64,000 nucleotides of DNA. Origin: an uncultured Spirochaetales bacterium. GTDB taxonomy: Bacteria > Myxococcota_A > UBA9160 > SMWR01. The notes below the pieces were generated by a model, which saw nothing but the letters and a program-made list of their open reading frames with translations, did not search any database and had not been told where the DNA came from. The stretch is from contig CAZZFT010000008.1 of the NCBI GenBank assembly GCA_964653555.1, positions 10,467 through 74,466 on the forward strand. Direction: 5' to 3'. Below are positions 46,103 through 57,963 of this stretch, piece by piece; position 1 is the stretch's first letter; every line of letters begins with the position of its first letter. The position numbers and the translations under genes were made by a program.

Positions 46103-47635
46103 ATGGCGGTAGTCGAGGCAGTGACGAGCGCCCCTGGTGAGAAGCGCCGTCTCCGCCTGGCGAACCCCGCCACCCTCGAGCCGCTCGGCGAGCTGGAGAT
46201 CGACGACGCGATCCACGTCCGCGAGGCCGTCGACCGCGCGCGCAAGGCGCAAGCGGAGTGGGCTGCCGCCGACTTCGCCGAGCGGGAGCTCCATCTGCAG
46301 CGCGCGCTCCGGGTGCTGGTGGCGCGCAGCGACGAGTTCGTCGACCGCATCGTCGAGGAGACCGGGAAGCCCCGCGCCGAGGCGCTTGCTACCGAGATCG
46401 CGACGAGCTGCGACGCGCTCCAGTTCTACGCGAAGCGCGCCCGCCACATCCTCGCCGAGCGCCGCGTTCCCCTCCATCTGTTCCGGACCAAGAAGCTGCG
46501 CGTGGTGCACCGGCCGCTGGGCGTCGTGGGCATCATCACGCCCTGGAACTTCCCGTTCCTGCTCGCCTTGAACCCGACCGTCCAGGCGTTGATCGCGGGC
46601 AACGCGGTCGTGCTCAAGCCCTCCGAGGTGGCGCCGGACTCGGGACGCCTGGTCGCGGAGCTGTGGCGCGAGGCGGGACTGCCCCCGGGCGTCTTCGAGC
46701 TCGTGCAGGGCGACGGGGAGACGGGCGCGGCGCTGCTCGAGGCGGGCGTCGACAAGATCTGCTTCACCGGCAGCGTCGCCACCGGGCGCCGCGTGGCCGA
46801 GGTGTGCGGGCGCGCGCTGGTCCCGTGCACGCTGGAGCTCGGCGGCAAGGATCCGATGATCGTCTGCGCCGACGCCGACCTCGACCGCGCCGCCCGCGGC
46901 GCGGTCTACGGCGCCTTCAGCAACGCGGGCCAGATCTGCACCTCGACCGAGCGCGTGTACGTGGTGGACGAGGTCGCCGACGTCTTCACCCGCAAGGTGG
47001 TCGAGCAGACCGGCCTGCTGCGCCAGGGCTCGGGCGGCGAGTTCGACGTGGGGCCGATGATCCGCGCCGAGCAGCTTGCCGTCGTCGAGGAGCACGTGGG
47101 CGACGCGATCGCGAAGGGCGCGCGCGTGCTCGCGGGTGGGCGGCGCAATCCCTCCTGCCCGGGATTCTTCTTCGAGCCCACGGTGCTCGACGACGTGACC
47201 CACGACATGCGGATCATGCGCGAGGAGACCTTCGGTCCGGTGCTCCCGATCATGCGCGTGCGCGACGAGGACGAGGCGATCGCCTGGGCGAACGACTCTC
47301 CCTACGGTCTCAACGCGAACGTGTGGACCCGCAACAAGCGGCGGGGCATCCGCCTGGCGAAGGCGATCGAATCGGGCTGCGCCGTCGTGAACGACTGCAC
47401 GATCGCCTACGGGGTCACCGAGTCGCCCTTCGGCGGCGTGAAGCACAGCGGGATCGGCCGCGTGAACGGAGTGCAGGGTCTGCTGGGCATGTGCCACACG
47501 CAGGCGATCCTGATCGACCGCCTGGGCGCGCGCTCGGAGCCGCTCTGGTTTCCGCACTCGGCGCGCAAGACGGAATGGTTGAGGCGCGCGCTGCGCTGGA
47601 TTTGGGGAACTTCGCTCGGGCGCTGGCTCGCCTAG
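46103..47635 (+). CDS. NAD(P)-dependent aldehyde dehydrogenase family protein
   Basis: ATG 46103 (TTG 46088 alternative). ITPWNFP, FTGSVATGR, LELGGKDP, catalytic NAGQICTSTER, EETFGPV. Confidence 0.92.
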   Translation: MAVVEAVTSAPGEKRRLRLANPATLEPLGELEIDDAIHVREAVDRARKAQAEWAAADFAERELHLQRALRVLVARSDEFVDRIVEETGKPRAEALATEIATSCDALQFYAKRARHILAERRVPLHLFRTKKLRVVHRPLGVVGIITPWNFPFLLALNPTVQALIAGNAVVLKPSEVAPDSGRLVAELWREAGLPPGVFELVQGDGETGAALLEAGVDKICFTGSVATGRRVAEVCGRALVPCTLELGGKDPMIVCADADLDRAARGAVYGAFSNAGQICTSTERVYVVDEVADVFTRKVVEQTGLLRQGSGGEFDVGPMIRAEQLAVVEEHVGDAIAKGARVLAGGRRNPSCPGFFFEPTVLDDVTHDMRIMREETFGPVLPIMRVRDEDEAIAWANDSPYGLNANVWTRNKRRGIRLAKAIESGCAVVNDCTIAYGVTESPFGGVKHSGIGRVNGVQGLLGMCHTQAILIDRLGARSEPLWFPHSARKTEWLRRALRWIWGTSLGRWLA

Positions 47636-47654
47636 GGCACACGCGGAGAACGGG

Positions 47655-48479
47655 ATGATCTCGACGATCCTGGTGGCGACGGACGGTTCCGAAGCGGCGG
47701 GCAACGCCGAGCGCTACGCGGTGGCGCTGGCGGCGCGCATGAAGGCGCGCCTGCTGGGTCTCTCGGTGGTGGAGGACCGCTTCGCGCGCGGCTTCGGCGA
47801 GGACGGTCTCGGCATCGCCCCGCCGGCGCCGGGGCCGGTGGCGGACTACCTGCGCCGGCGCGCCGAGGCCGCCGTCGCGCGGTTGGGTCAGCGCGCCTCC
47901 ACCGAGAACGTCCCCTACAGCGGCGAAGTGGTGAGCGGCGTCGCGGACGACGCGATCGTCGAGCACGGCCAGCAGGCCGACCTCACGGTCCTCGGACGCG
48001 ACGGCCAGTCGGCCGGCCACCGCAGCACGGCGCTGATCGGCTCGACGGCGAGCGGCGTGATCCGCAAGACCGCGAAGACCACGATCGTGGTGCCCTCGGC
48101 CGCCCAGCTCGGCGGTCCGATCGTGCTCGCCTTCGACGGCTCGCCCGGCTCCCGCGTCGGCGCGAACCTCGCGGTGCAGATCGCCACCCGCCTCGGCGAG
48201 CCGATCCACGTCTTCGTCGACTCCAAGGACAAGGGACGCGCCGCGGCGCGCTTCGACGAGGTGCGCGGCATCGTCGGCGCGCTGCCGGTTCCGGTGCGCG
48301 AGATCTCCTCCACCCTGGGGCGGCCGGACGTCAAGATCGTGGATTCGGCGCGCGAGGTGAAGGCGGGTCTGATCGTCATGGGGGCCTACGGGCGCAATCG
48401 CATCACCGAGTACTTCCTGGGCAGCAATGCGGCTGCGGTCGCGCGCACCTCGCCGATCGCGGTCCTGCTCGCTCGCTGA
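47655..48479 (+). CDS. Universal stress protein, tandem UspA domains
   Basis: [11 protein letters not shown]..., second domain [11 protein letters not shown]..., C-terminal [19 protein letters not shown]-binding motif. Confidence 0.88.
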   Translation: MISTILVATDGSEAAGNAERYAVALAARMKARLLGLSVVEDRFARGFGEDGLGIAPPAPGPVADYLRRRAEAAVARLGQRASTENVPYSGEVVSGVADDAIVEHGQQADLTVLGRDGQSAGHRSTALIGSTASGVIRKTAKTTIVVPSAAQLGGPIVLAFDGSPGSRVGANLAVQIATRLGEPIHVFVDSKDKGRAAARFDEVRGIVGALPVPVREISSTLGRPDVKIVDSAREVKAGLIVMGAYGRNRITEYFLGSNAAAVARTSPIAVLLAR

Positions 48480-48480
48480 C

Positions 48481-49515
48481 GTGACCTCCGCGGGATGGCG
48501 GCTGGGCGACCTGTCGAGGCGGCTCGGCCTCGAGCTCGAGGGGGACCCCGATCTGGAGGTGAGCGGAGTGGCCTCCCTCGAGGACGCCACCGCCGACCAG
48601 CTGGTCTTCGCGCGCGGGCCCGCCTTCCGGGCGCGACTGCTCGCCTGCGCGGCCCGGGCCGTGGTCGCGCCCCCCGATCTCGACGTCGGGACGCGCAGCG
48701 CCCTGCGCTCGGCGGATCCCAGCCGCGACTTCTTTCGGGCGGCGCGCCTGCTGGTGCCGGAGCCCGAAGTGGAGGCGGGGGTGCATCCCTCGGCCGTCGT
48801 GGCCGACGACGCGCGCGTCGCCCCGAGCGCATCGGTCGCCGCGGGCTGCGTCCTCGGCCGCGGGGTCGCGGTCGGTCCGCGCACGGTGCTGCACCCGGGT
48901 GTCGTCCTCTACGACGGCGTCACAATCGGCGCCGACTGCGTGATCCACGCCCGCTGCGTCGTCGCCGCCGCCTCGGTGCTGGGCGACCGCGTCGTGCTCC
49001 AGCCGGGCGTGGTGATCGGTGGCGACGGCTTCGGCTACGTCGGCGCCGAGGACGGCGGGCTGAGTCGCACCCACAACGTCGGACGGGTGTGGATCGGAGA
49101 CGACGTCGAGATCGGCGCGAACTCCACCGTCGATCGCGGAACCCTCGGCGACACGCGGATCGGTCGCGGGACGAAGATCGACAACCTGGTGCAGGTCGCG
49201 CACAACTGCACGGTCGGCGAGCACTGCGTGATCGTGGCCCAGGCGGGCATCGCCGGCTCCACCGTGCTCGAGGAGGGCGTGGTGCTGCTCGCCCAGGCGG
49301 GAGTCGCCGGCCATCGCCGGATCGGCGCCCGCGCCCTGGTCGGACCCCAGGCGGGCGTGCACAAGGACGTGCCGCCGGGCACGCGCATCCTCGGCTCGCC
49401 CCAGCGCGCCGAGCGCGTGTTCCACCGCGAGATGGCGGCGCTGTCGCGGCTGCCCGAGCTGCTGCGGCGCGTTCGCGGTCTGGAGCGGGCGCGCGGCGAC
49501 GGCGACGCGCCGTGA
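48481..49515 (+). CDS. lpxD: UDP-3-O-acylglucosamine N-acyltransferase
   Basis: GTG 48481. Left-handed beta-helix hexapeptide repeats, [21 protein letters not shown]. Confidence 0.9.
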   Translation: MTSAGWRLGDLSRRLGLELEGDPDLEVSGVASLEDATADQLVFARGPAFRARLLACAARAVVAPPDLDVGTRSALRSADPSRDFFRAARLLVPEPEVEAGVHPSAVVADDARVAPSASVAAGCVLGRGVAVGPRTVLHPGVVLYDGVTIGADCVIHARCVVAAASVLGDRVVLQPGVVIGGDGFGYVGAEDGGLSRTHNVGRVWIGDDVEIGANSTVDRGTLGDTRIGRGTKIDNLVQVAHNCTVGEHCVIVAQAGIAGSTVLEEGVVLLAQAGVAGHRRIGARALVGPQAGVHKDVPPGTRILGSPQRAERVFHREMAALSRLPELLRRVRGLERARGDGDAP

Positions 49516-50318
49516 AGGGCGCCGACGGCTGGGATCCGCGCCGACGTCCGCTCGGCGAGCTGCGCGCGCAGCTCGACGCGCCGCTGTCGCCCAGCGTCGA
49601 GGGGCGCTGGCTGCGCCTGTTGCGCGAGGACGCGCGCCGCGGTGCACGCGATCTCGTCGCCCAGCTCGAGCGACGCCGCGCCGACCGACGCGCCGAGGCG
49701 CGGCGCCTGGCGCGGCTGTTCGCCCATCGCCGGGCACTGTTCGCCTCGGGGATCCGTCACGTCGCGGGTGTCGACGAGGTCGGCGTGGGTCCGATGGCCG
49801 GCCCGCTGGTGGCCGCCGCCGTGATGCTGCCAGCCCGCGTCCGGCTGCCGGGACTGAACGACTCGAAGCGTCTGCGCGCCGAGCAGCGCGAGGTGCTCGA
49901 CGCGGCGATCCGCGCCCAGGCGGTGGCGCTGTGCATCGCGGAGCTGGAGCCCGCCGAGGTCGACCGTCTCAACGTGTTCCGCGCGGGTCTGGAGGCGATG
50001 CGCCGCGCCGTGGCCGGACTCGGCACGCCTCCCGATCACGTGATGGTCGACGCCCGGACGATCCCCGCGATCGACGTGCCCCAGACCTCGCTGGTCGGCG
50101 GGGACGCCCGCGACGGCTCGATCGCCGCCGCCTCGATCGTCGCCAAGGTCTACCGCGACGCTCGCATGCGCGAGCTCGATGCGCGCCACCCGGGCTACGG
50201 CTTCGCCCGCCACAAGGGCTACTGCACCCGCGAGCACCTGCGGGCCCTGGAGCGGCTCGGCCCGAGTCCCGTGCACCGGGCGAGCTTCTCGCCGGTGGCG
50301 CAGCTGTCGCTCCTGTGA
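49512..50318 (+). CDS. rnhB: Ribonuclease HII
   Basis: GTG overlaps the lpxD stop (GTGA). [37 protein letters not shown]. Has an N-terminal extension of about 75 aa. Confidence 0.9.
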   Translation: MKGADGWDPRRRPLGELRAQLDAPLSPSVEGRWLRLLREDARRGARDLVAQLERRRADRRAEARRLARLFAHRRALFASGIRHVAGVDEVGVGPMAGPLVAAAVMLPARVRLPGLNDSKRLRAEQREVLDAAIRAQAVALCIAELEPAEVDRLNVFRAGLEAMRRAVAGLGTPPDHVMVDARTIPAIDVPQTSLVGGDARDGSIAAASIVAKVYRDARMRELDARHPGYGFARHKGYCTREHLRALERLGPSPVHRASFSPVAQLSLL

Positions 50319-51328
50319 TCCGACTGCGCGCCACGCCCGAGGACTTCCGCGTCGACGAGGTGGCGCTCTACCCGCCGGTTGGCGAGGGGGGCCACACCTT
50401 CCTCCGCGTCGAGAAGCGGCTGCGCACGACCGAGGAGGTGGCGCGCGACCTCGCGCGGGCTGCGGGGGTGCGCTCCGGCGACGTCGGCTACGCGGGACGC
50501 AAGGATCGCGCCGCCGTGACCACCCAGTGGTTCTCGGTTCCGGCGCTCGACCCCGAGGCGGCTCTCGACCTGCGCCTGTCCGGCGCCCGCGTGCTCGAGG
50601 CCGCACGCCATCCGCACAAGCTCCGCACCGGTCACCTGCGCGCCAACCGCTTCGAGCTGCGCGTGCGCGGCGCCGGGCCCGAGGCGGTCGAGCGCGCGCG
50701 ACGCCGCCTCGACGAGGCGGTCGCGAGGGGCGTCCCGAACCGTTTCGGGGCCCAGCGCTTCGGTCGCCACGGCGACAACGCCGAGCGCGCGCGCCAGCTC
50801 GGCGCCGGCACGCTGCGCCCGCGCGACCGGCGCGAGGCGCGCTTCCTCGTCTCGGCCTGGCAGGCGGAGGTGTTCAACGCGGCGCTGGCCGCGCGTCCCC
50901 TGCCGCTCGACGTGCTCGAGGCGGGCGACCTCGCGATGCGTCACGACTCGGGCGCGGTCTTCGCGGTGGAGGATCCCGAGCGGGAACGGGAGCGCGCGGA
51001 GCGCTTCGAGATCAGCCCCACCGGACCGGTGTTCGGACCGCGCATGACCTGGCCCGGAGGCGAGGTGGCCAAGCGCGAGCGGGAGGCGATGGTGGTGCAC
51101 GGTCTCGACCCGGACGCCCTGCGCCTGCCCGGCGTGCGGGCACGCGGTGCGCGCCGGTCGTTGCGGATGCGACCCGAGGCGCCGGAGCTCGCAGGCGAGG
51201 GAGCCGACGCGCTGCTGCGCTTCGCGCTGTCGGCGGGCAGCTTCGCCTCGGTTCTCGTCGAGGAGCTGTTCGGCGCCTTCGAGGAGGGGCCCGCCGATGA
51301 CACGCCGCACGGTCAAGGGGTATGCTGA
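50315..51328 (+). CDS. truD: tRNA pseudouridine(13) synthase TruD
   Basis: GTG 50315 overlaps the rnhB stop. FRVDEV..., [17 protein letters not shown] (catalytic Asp motif), [11 protein letters not shown]. Confidence 0.9.
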   Translation: MIRLRATPEDFRVDEVALYPPVGEGGHTFLRVEKRLRTTEEVARDLARAAGVRSGDVGYAGRKDRAAVTTQWFSVPALDPEAALDLRLSGARVLEAARHPHKLRTGHLRANRFELRVRGAGPEAVERARRRLDEAVARGVPNRFGAQRFGRHGDNAERARQLGAGTLRPRDRREARFLVSAWQAEVFNAALAARPLPLDVLEAGDLAMRHDSGAVFAVEDPERERERAERFEISPTGPVFGPRMTWPGGEVAKREREAMVVHGLDPDALRLPGVRARGARRSLRMRPEAPELAGEGADALLRFALSAGSFASVLVEELFGAFEEGPADDTPHGQGVC

Positions 51329-51362
51329 CGCGCGGTGGGCGTCCCGAGCGCAGGAGGATCCG

Positions 51363-52325
<963 letters not shown>

Positions 52326-52343
52326 CCCGCGAGCGATGCCGCG

Positions 52344-52868
52344 GTGATGCGATCCTACCGGGGCGTCTCGCCGCGAATCGATCCGACGGCCTGGATCGCT
52401 CCCGGCGCGATCGTGGTCGGCGACGTGGAGATCGGGTCCGATTCGTCGATCTGGTACGGGACACTCCTGCGCGGCGACGTGAACGCGATCCGCATCGGGC
52501 GCCGCACCAACGTTCAGGACCACTGCGTCCTGCACGTCACCGCCGAGCGCTTCGCGTGCTCGCTGGGGGACGAGGTGACGGTGGGACACCGGGCGGTCGT
52601 CCACGGCTGCACGATCGGCGACGGCGCGCTGATCGGAATCGGGGCGATCGTGCTCGACGGCGCGCGCGTGGAAGAAGAGGCGTGGATCGCCGCGGGAGCG
52701 TTGGTGACTCCCGGGGCCGTGGTGCCCCGGGGCACGCTGGCGGTGGGCGTGCCCGCGCGCGTGAAGCGTACGCTCGGCGCGAGCGAACGGGAGGAGCAGC
52801 GCCAGCGCACGCTTCGCTACGTGGAGACCGCCCGCCACCACGCGGACGCGGCGAGAGCGCACTCGTGA
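52344..52868 (+). CDS. Gamma-carbonic anhydrase-like / hexapeptide-repeat (YrdA/PaaY) protein
   Basis: IWYGTLLRGDVNAIRIGRRTNVQDHCVLH...VGHRAVVHGCTIGD: classic gamma-CA LbH pattern. Confidence 0.9.
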   Translation: MMRSYRGVSPRIDPTAWIAPGAIVVGDVEIGSDSSIWYGTLLRGDVNAIRIGRRTNVQDHCVLHVTAERFACSLGDEVTVGHRAVVHGCTIGDGALIGIGAIVLDGARVEEEAWIAAGALVTPGAVVPRGTLAVGVPARVKRTLGASEREEQRQRTLRYVETARHHADAARAHS

Positions 52869-53530
52869 CGCGCGTCGCCGATGTCGGCGCCGCCGAGCGG
52901 CGGGAGGCACGCAAGGCGCTTTCGCGCGGTCGCATCCTCGACGCCGCGCGCGAGATCTTCTTCCGCGACGGCTTCATGGAGGCGAACCTCGACGACGTGG
53001 CGAAGGGTGCCGGTGTCGCCAAGGGAACGCTCTACCGGTATTTCGAGAACAAGGCCGAGCTCTACGTCGCGGTGCTCGCGACCAACGGCGAGCTCTTCGA
53101 GCGCAAGCTGCGGGAGGCCGGCAGCGACGCCGCGCTCCCGGCGCCCGAACGCATCCGGCGCATCGCGCGCTTCTACCTGGAGCACTGGACCCAGAACCGC
53201 GACTACTTCCAGATCTTCTGGGCGATCGAGAACCAGCCCGTGATCGGCGCGTTGCCCGAGGGCGTGCTCGAGGAGGTCACGCGACTGTGGCAGAGCTGTC
53301 TCCAGATCCTCGCCGAGATCGTCGAGAGTGGAATCGAGGAGGGGAGCCTCGTGCGCTGCGAGCCGTGGGAGGCCGCGACCGTGCTGTGGACGTTGGCGAA
53401 CGGCCTGATCCAGAGTGAGTCGAGTCCGCCCCATCGGCGGATCCGCGGCCGTCCTCTACCCGAGACGTTCGTGCGCGCGATCGATCTCGTGCTCGCCGGA
53501 CTCGAGAGCCCGACCACCCGCCGGCGTTGA
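52865..53530 (+). CDS. TetR/AcrR family transcriptional regulator
   Basis: GTG overlaps the upstream stop (GTGA). ILDAAREIFFRDGFMEANLDDVAKGAGVAKGTLYRYFENK HTH. Confidence 0.9.
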   Translation: MTRVADVGAAERREARKALSRGRILDAAREIFFRDGFMEANLDDVAKGAGVAKGTLYRYFENKAELYVAVLATNGELFERKLREAGSDAALPAPERIRRIARFYLEHWTQNRDYFQIFWAIENQPVIGALPEGVLEEVTRLWQSCLQILAEIVESGIEEGSLVRCEPWEAATVLWTLANGLIQSESSPPHRRIRGRPLPETFVRAIDLVLAGLESPTTRRR

Positions 53531-53680
53531 CACCGCCCTCGCCGTGGGGAATGCTCGCGCGGCCGCTGATGACTCCGGGTCACTCGACACCGGCGGACGT
53601 TTCGAGCGTGTCGATCGCGCCGATGCGGACAGGCGTCTCTCAGGCAGTGTCGCGGGCAAAGAGGTCAATGGGGGTTTGCG

Positions 53681-53923
53681 ATGGGTGACGGCATCGAGAT
53701 GCAGGTTCGCACGATCCTGGCGGAGCAGCTGGGTCTGGAGCTTTCGGAGATTCGCCCGGAGGCCAACATCCTCGACGACCTGGGCGCCGACTCGCTCGAC
53801 GTCGTCGAGATGGTGATGTCCCTCGAGGAGGCCTTCGACATCGAGGTGCCCGACGAGGAGGTCGAGGCGATGCGCACGATCTCCGACGTCGAGCGCTACG
53901 TCGTCGCCGCCGTCTCCGCTTGA
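53681..53923 (+). CDS. Acyl carrier protein
   Basis: ILAEQLGLELSEIRPEANILDDLGADSLDVVEMVMSLEEAF: DSL phosphopantetheine attachment site. ATG 53699 is an alternative start. Confidence 0.88.
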   Translation: MGDGIEMQVRTILAEQLGLELSEIRPEANILDDLGADSLDVVEMVMSLEEAFDIEVPDEEVEAMRTISDVERYVVAAVSA

Positions 53924-53982
53924 ACCCGGCGGCGTTCGCGCCGCCCCCGGTCCCGCGGCCGCTCATCGGGTAGCCTTGCGCC

Positions 53983-56658
53983 GTGCCGCCCGACCGCCCG
54001 CGCGTCGTCCTCGTCGACGGCACCAACGCCCTCTACCGCGCCTTCTTCGCGCCGATGGCGGACCTGCGCGCTCCCGATGGCACGCCGACGAAGGCACTGC
54101 TCGTGTTCACGAACATGCTGCTGAAGACGCTGCGCGAGGAGGATCCCGCCTACTGCGTCGTCGTCTTCGATGCGCGCGGCAAGACCTTCCGCCACGAGGT
54201 CTACGGGGACTACAAGGCCGGCCGCGACGCGCAGCCCGAGGACCTGTCCGCCCAGATTCCGCTCGCGCGGGAGATCGTCGCGGCCCTCGACCTTCCGATG
54301 GTCGAGATCCCGCGCTTCGAGGCCGACGACGTGATCGCGACGCTCGTCCGCTGTGCGCCCCCCGAGGCGGAGATCTCGATCGTCTCCACCGACCGCGATC
54401 TGATGCAGCTCGTCGACGACCGCGTCGAGCTGCTCGACGGGATCCGCGACCGCCGCTATGGACCTGCCGAGGTCGAGGCGCGCTTCGGGGTGCCGCCCGC
54501 TCAGGTGCTCGATCTGCGCGCCCTGGTCGGCGACAAGAGCGACAACATCCCCGGCGTTCGGGGCATCGGCGACAAGGGCGCCGCCCAGCTGATCCGCGAG
54601 TGGGGCGATCTCGAGACGCTGCTCGCCCACGCCGACGAGATCCCGGCGAAGGGCCGGCGTGAGGCGCTCCAGAGCCAGGCCGAGACGGCGCGACTCTCGA
54701 AGCGGCTCGCGACGCTGCGCGACGACGTGCCTCTGGAGGGCGACTTCGACGACTACCGGCGTCGCGCGCCCGACCGCGAACGGCTGCGCGAGATCTACCG
54801 GCGCCTGGGCTTCGTGCGACTGCTGGAGGCTCTCGACGCCGAGGGCGGGCCGGCCGCGGCCGCCGTGGCGCCGCGCGCGGAGGTCGAGCTGGAGATCGCG
54901 AGCGGCGCGAGCGCTCTCGCGGCGGTCGCGAAGCGGATCGCGGCGCTGCCGAGCGTCGCGCTGGTGTGTGTGGACGGCGGTGGCAACGCGGTCGCGGCGC
55001 GCCCGCTCGGCGTCGCGGTCGCGGTGTCGGACGTCCGGGCGGCGTGGATTCCGCTCGGCCCGCAGGGCGTCTCCTTCGAGGCGCTCGCGGGAGCCCTGGG
55101 GCCGGCGCTCGCCGGCGACGTGGCGTGGATCGGCTCCGACACCAAGCGCGCGCAGGCGCTGTTCGCCGAGCAGGGCTTCGCGCTGCCCGTGCCCTGGTTC
55201 GACGCCGGCCTCGCCGGGGCGCTGCTCGACGCCACGGGTTCCCAGGGCGTCAGCGCCCTGGTGGCCCAGTACCTGGGGTGGTCGCTGCGCACCTGGGAGG
55301 ATCTCGCGGGGCGCGGCGCCAAGGCGATCGCGCCCGACCAGGTGCCGCCGGCGGACCTGGCGCGCTGGGCCGCAGAGCAGGCGCTCGGGGTGGCGGCGTT
55401 GTGCGCACCGCTGCGCGAGCGACTCGACTCCCTCGGCCTGCTCCATCTCTACGAGCAGGTCGAAACTCCGCTCACGCGCGTGCTCGCGAACATGGAGCGG
55501 ACCGGCGTCCGCATCGACGAGCTCCTGCTCGCGCGCCTCGCCTCCGAGTACAAGGATCAGCTCGCGACGATCGAGAAGCAGATCTACGCCTCGGCAGGCG
55601 AGGAGTTCCTGATCTCCTCGCCGAAGCAGCTCCAGCACATCCTGTTCGAGAAGCTGAAGCTTCCCGTCGTGAAGAAGACCAAGACCGGCTACTCCACCGA
55701 CGAAGGCGTGCTGGAGCAGCTGGCCGCGAAGCATGAGCTTCCCGAACGGATCCTGGCCCATCGACGGCTCGCGAAGCTGGTGAACACCTACGTCGACGCC
55801 CTGCCGCCGCTGGTGGACGCCCACACCGGTCGCATCCACCCCACCTATCACCAGATCGGCGCCGCGACCGGACGGATGTCGGCGACGAACCCGAACGTGC
55901 AGAACATCCCGATCCGCACCGCCGAGGGGGTTCGCATCCGCGAGGCCTTCGTGCCGGCCGAGGGCTACGTGCTCGCCTCCGCCGACTACTCGCAGGTGGA
56001 GCTGCGGATCCTCGCGCACTTCTCGGGGGACGAAGGACTGCGCGAGGCCTTCCGCCGCGGTGACGACATCCACCGCGAGACGGCTGCCGAGGTCTGGGAG
56101 GTGGATCCCGGGAACGTCAGCGCCGATCAGCGGGCGCGCGCCAAGGCGGTGAACTTCGGGATCATCTACGGGCTGTCGGCGTTCGGGCTCGCCAACCAGC
56201 TCGGGATCGCCACCGCCGAGGCCCAGACGACGATCGACACCTACTTCGAGCGCTACCCCGGCGTGCGCCGCTTCATCGACGAGACGATCGCGCGCGCCAA
56301 GGAGGAGGGGGCGGTGCGCACGCTGCTTGGCCGCCGGCGCGCGCTGCCCGACCTGCTGTCGCGCAACCGCGCGCTGCGCCAGGCCGCCGAGCGCATGGCG
56401 GTGAACACGGTGATCCAGGGCACGGCCGCCGACCTGATCAAGCGCGCCATGCTGGCGGTGGACGAGGCCCTTCGCGCCGCGCGCTCGAGAGCGCGGATGA
56501 TCCTCCAGGTTCACGACGAGCTGGTGCTGGAGGTGCCCCAGCGCGAGGTGGAGGGCACCGTGGCCCGCGTGCGCGAGGTGATGGAGGCCGTGCTGCCCCT
56601 GAGTGTGCCGCTGCGGGTCGAGGTCGGCGTGGGACGCAACTGGCGCGAAGCGCATTGA
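53983..56658 (+). CDS. polA: DNA polymerase I
   Basis: GTG 53983. 5'-nuclease LVDGTNALYRAFFA, GVRGIGDKGA. Pol motifs DYSQVELRILAH, KAVNFGIIYG, QVHDELV. Confidence 0.96.
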   Translation: MPPDRPRVVLVDGTNALYRAFFAPMADLRAPDGTPTKALLVFTNMLLKTLREEDPAYCVVVFDARGKTFRHEVYGDYKAGRDAQPEDLSAQIPLAREIVAALDLPMVEIPRFEADDVIATLVRCAPPEAEISIVSTDRDLMQLVDDRVELLDGIRDRRYGPAEVEARFGVPPAQVLDLRALVGDKSDNIPGVRGIGDKGAAQLIREWGDLETLLAHADEIPAKGRREALQSQAETARLSKRLATLRDDVPLEGDFDDYRRRAPDRERLREIYRRLGFVRLLEALDAEGGPAAAAVAPRAEVELEIASGASALAAVAKRIAALPSVALVCVDGGGNAVAARPLGVAVAVSDVRAAWIPLGPQGVSFEALAGALGPALAGDVAWIGSDTKRAQALFAEQGFALPVPWFDAGLAGALLDATGSQGVSALVAQYLGWSLRTWEDLAGRGAKAIAPDQVPPADLARWAAEQALGVAALCAPLRERLDSLGLLHLYEQVETPLTRVLANMERTGVRIDELLLARLASEYKDQLATIEKQIYASAGEEFLISSPKQLQHILFEKLKLPVVKKTKTGYSTDEGVLEQLAAKHELPERILAHRRLAKLVNTYVDALPPLVDAHTGRIHPTYHQIGAATGRMSATNPNVQNIPIRTAEGVRIREAFVPAEGYVLASADYSQVELRILAHFSGDEGLREAFRRGDDIHRETAAEVWEVDPGNVSADQRARAKAVNFGIIYGLSAFGLANQLGIATAEAQTTIDTYFERYPGVRRFIDETIARAKEEGAVRTLLGRRRALPDLLSRNRALRQAAERMAVNTVIQGTAADLIKRAMLAVDEALRAARSRARMILQVHDELVLEVPQREVEGTVARVREVMEAVLPLSVPLRVEVGVGRNWREAH

Positions 56659-56740
56659 CGTAGGCGCAATCCAACGCTCGCGGGTCGAATCCGAGCCGTC
56701 CCGTCCGCCCGCCACGAGGATCGGCACGCCGGAGGCGTCA

Positions 56741-57442
56741 TTGGCGCAGCGTACTCCCGCCCCCTCGCGCGATCGCCCACTTCGGTCGGGCTCACCTCCC
56801 GAGGACGGGGGACCGCCGGACGCCGAAGCCGTCGCGCGCGCGCGCCGGGGCGACCGCGAGGCCTTCCGCGTCCTGGTCGAGCGCTACCAGGGGCGGGCCT
56901 ACGCCCTCGCCGTGCGCGTGCTGCGCGATCCCGATCGGGCCCGCGACGCCGTGCAGGAGGCGTTCCTGAAGGCCTACGCCGCTCTGGACCGCTTCGAGGG
57001 GAGGTCCGGCTTCTACACCTGGCTGTACCGGCTCGTCTACAACCTGTGCATCGACCTGCTGCGACGCGACCGCACCGGTAGACAGGTGGAGTGGGACGAG
57101 GAGGTCGCGCGGGGGGTCGCGGCCGGCGCCGACCTGGGGGCGGTCGGGGCCGGCTCGGAGCTGGCCGACCCGGCTCGGGCCTGCCACCGGGCCGAGCTGC
57201 GCGAGGCCCTGGCCCGGGCGATCGAATCCCTGCCCGAGGCCGCGCGTCGGACGCTCCTGCTGCGAGAGGTCGATGGATCGTCCTACGAGGAGATCGCCCG
57301 GGTCCTGGGCGTTCCGAAGGGAACCGTGATGAGCCGTCTGTTCTATGCGCGCCGCAGGGTGCGCGAGGAGCTGATCCGGAGCGGCGCCGTGGAGGGTGGC
57401 CCCGACGAGCCGGGCGACCCGGAGCAGGGGGGCCCGCGGTGA
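56741..57442 (+). CDS. ECF-type RNA polymerase sigma-70 family factor
   Basis: TTG 56741, 5 nt after GGAGG. Region 2 DAVQEAFLKAY...FYTWLYRLVYNLCIDLLRR. Region 4 SYEEIARVLGVPKGTVMSRLFYARRRV. Confidence 0.9.
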   Translation: MAQRTPAPSRDRPLRSGSPPEDGGPPDAEAVARARRGDREAFRVLVERYQGRAYALAVRVLRDPDRARDAVQEAFLKAYAALDRFEGRSGFYTWLYRLVYNLCIDLLRRDRTGRQVEWDEEVARGVAAGADLGAVGAGSELADPARACHRAELREALARAIESLPEAARRTLLLREVDGSSYEEIARVLGVPKGTVMSRLFYARRRVREELIRSGAVEGGPDEPGDPEQGGPR

Positions 57443-57963
57443 GCCCGCCGCCCCGTCCGACTCCGCGGCGGATCGACGGCGTGCCCGAGCCGCTGGTGCA
57501 CGCCTATCGCGACGGCGAGCTGTCCCGGCTGGCGCGCTGGCGCTTCGAGCGGCGCCTGCGGCGCTCTCCCGCGCTGCGCCGCGCGCTGGCGGAGATCGAG
57601 CGGACCGGTGCATGGGTGCGGGCGGGGAGGACGGAGGTGCCGGGTCCCGATCTTTGGGAGGCGGTCGCCCGGCGGCTGCCGGCCTCCGACCCTGAGCGCG
57701 GGCAGAGCCGGCTCTCTTCCGGGTTGGGCCGGCTGGCCTGGCCCGCTGCCGTCGTCGCGGCCGCGGGGGCTGCCGCGGCGATCGTCCTGGGCTGGCCCGC
57801 CCGCTGGGAGTCCGCGCCCGGGGGCGTGGTGCGCTGGATCGACAGCGGCGGACGGGACGTGATCGTGCTGGAGTCGGACCCCGACACGACGATCATCTGG
57901 GTGCTGGGAAGCCCGGGCCCGGAGGCGGCCCGGGGAGGAGCAGGGGCAGGTGAGCAGGGGTAG
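57439..57963 (+). CDS. Putative anti-sigma factor (single TM, non-zinc type)
   Basis: GTG overlaps the sigma stop (GTGA). N-terminal HAYRDGELS...RRLRRSPALRRALAEIE pattern, then the TM segment LAWPAAVVAAAGAAAAIVLGW. Confidence 0.62.
   Translation: MSPPPRPTPRRIDGVPEPLVHAYRDGELSRLARWRFERRLRRSPALRRALAEIERTGAWVRAGRTEVPGPDLWEAVARRLPASDPERGQSRLSSGLGRLAWPAAVVAAAGAAAAIVLGWPARWESAPGGVVRWIDSGGRDVIVLESDPDTTIIWVLGSPGPEAARGGAGAGEQG

Noticed and set aside
53896-56727. 943-aa minus-strand ORF antisense to polA
   Set aside because: polA motifs are unambiguous on the plus strand, and the antisense product has no motifs.
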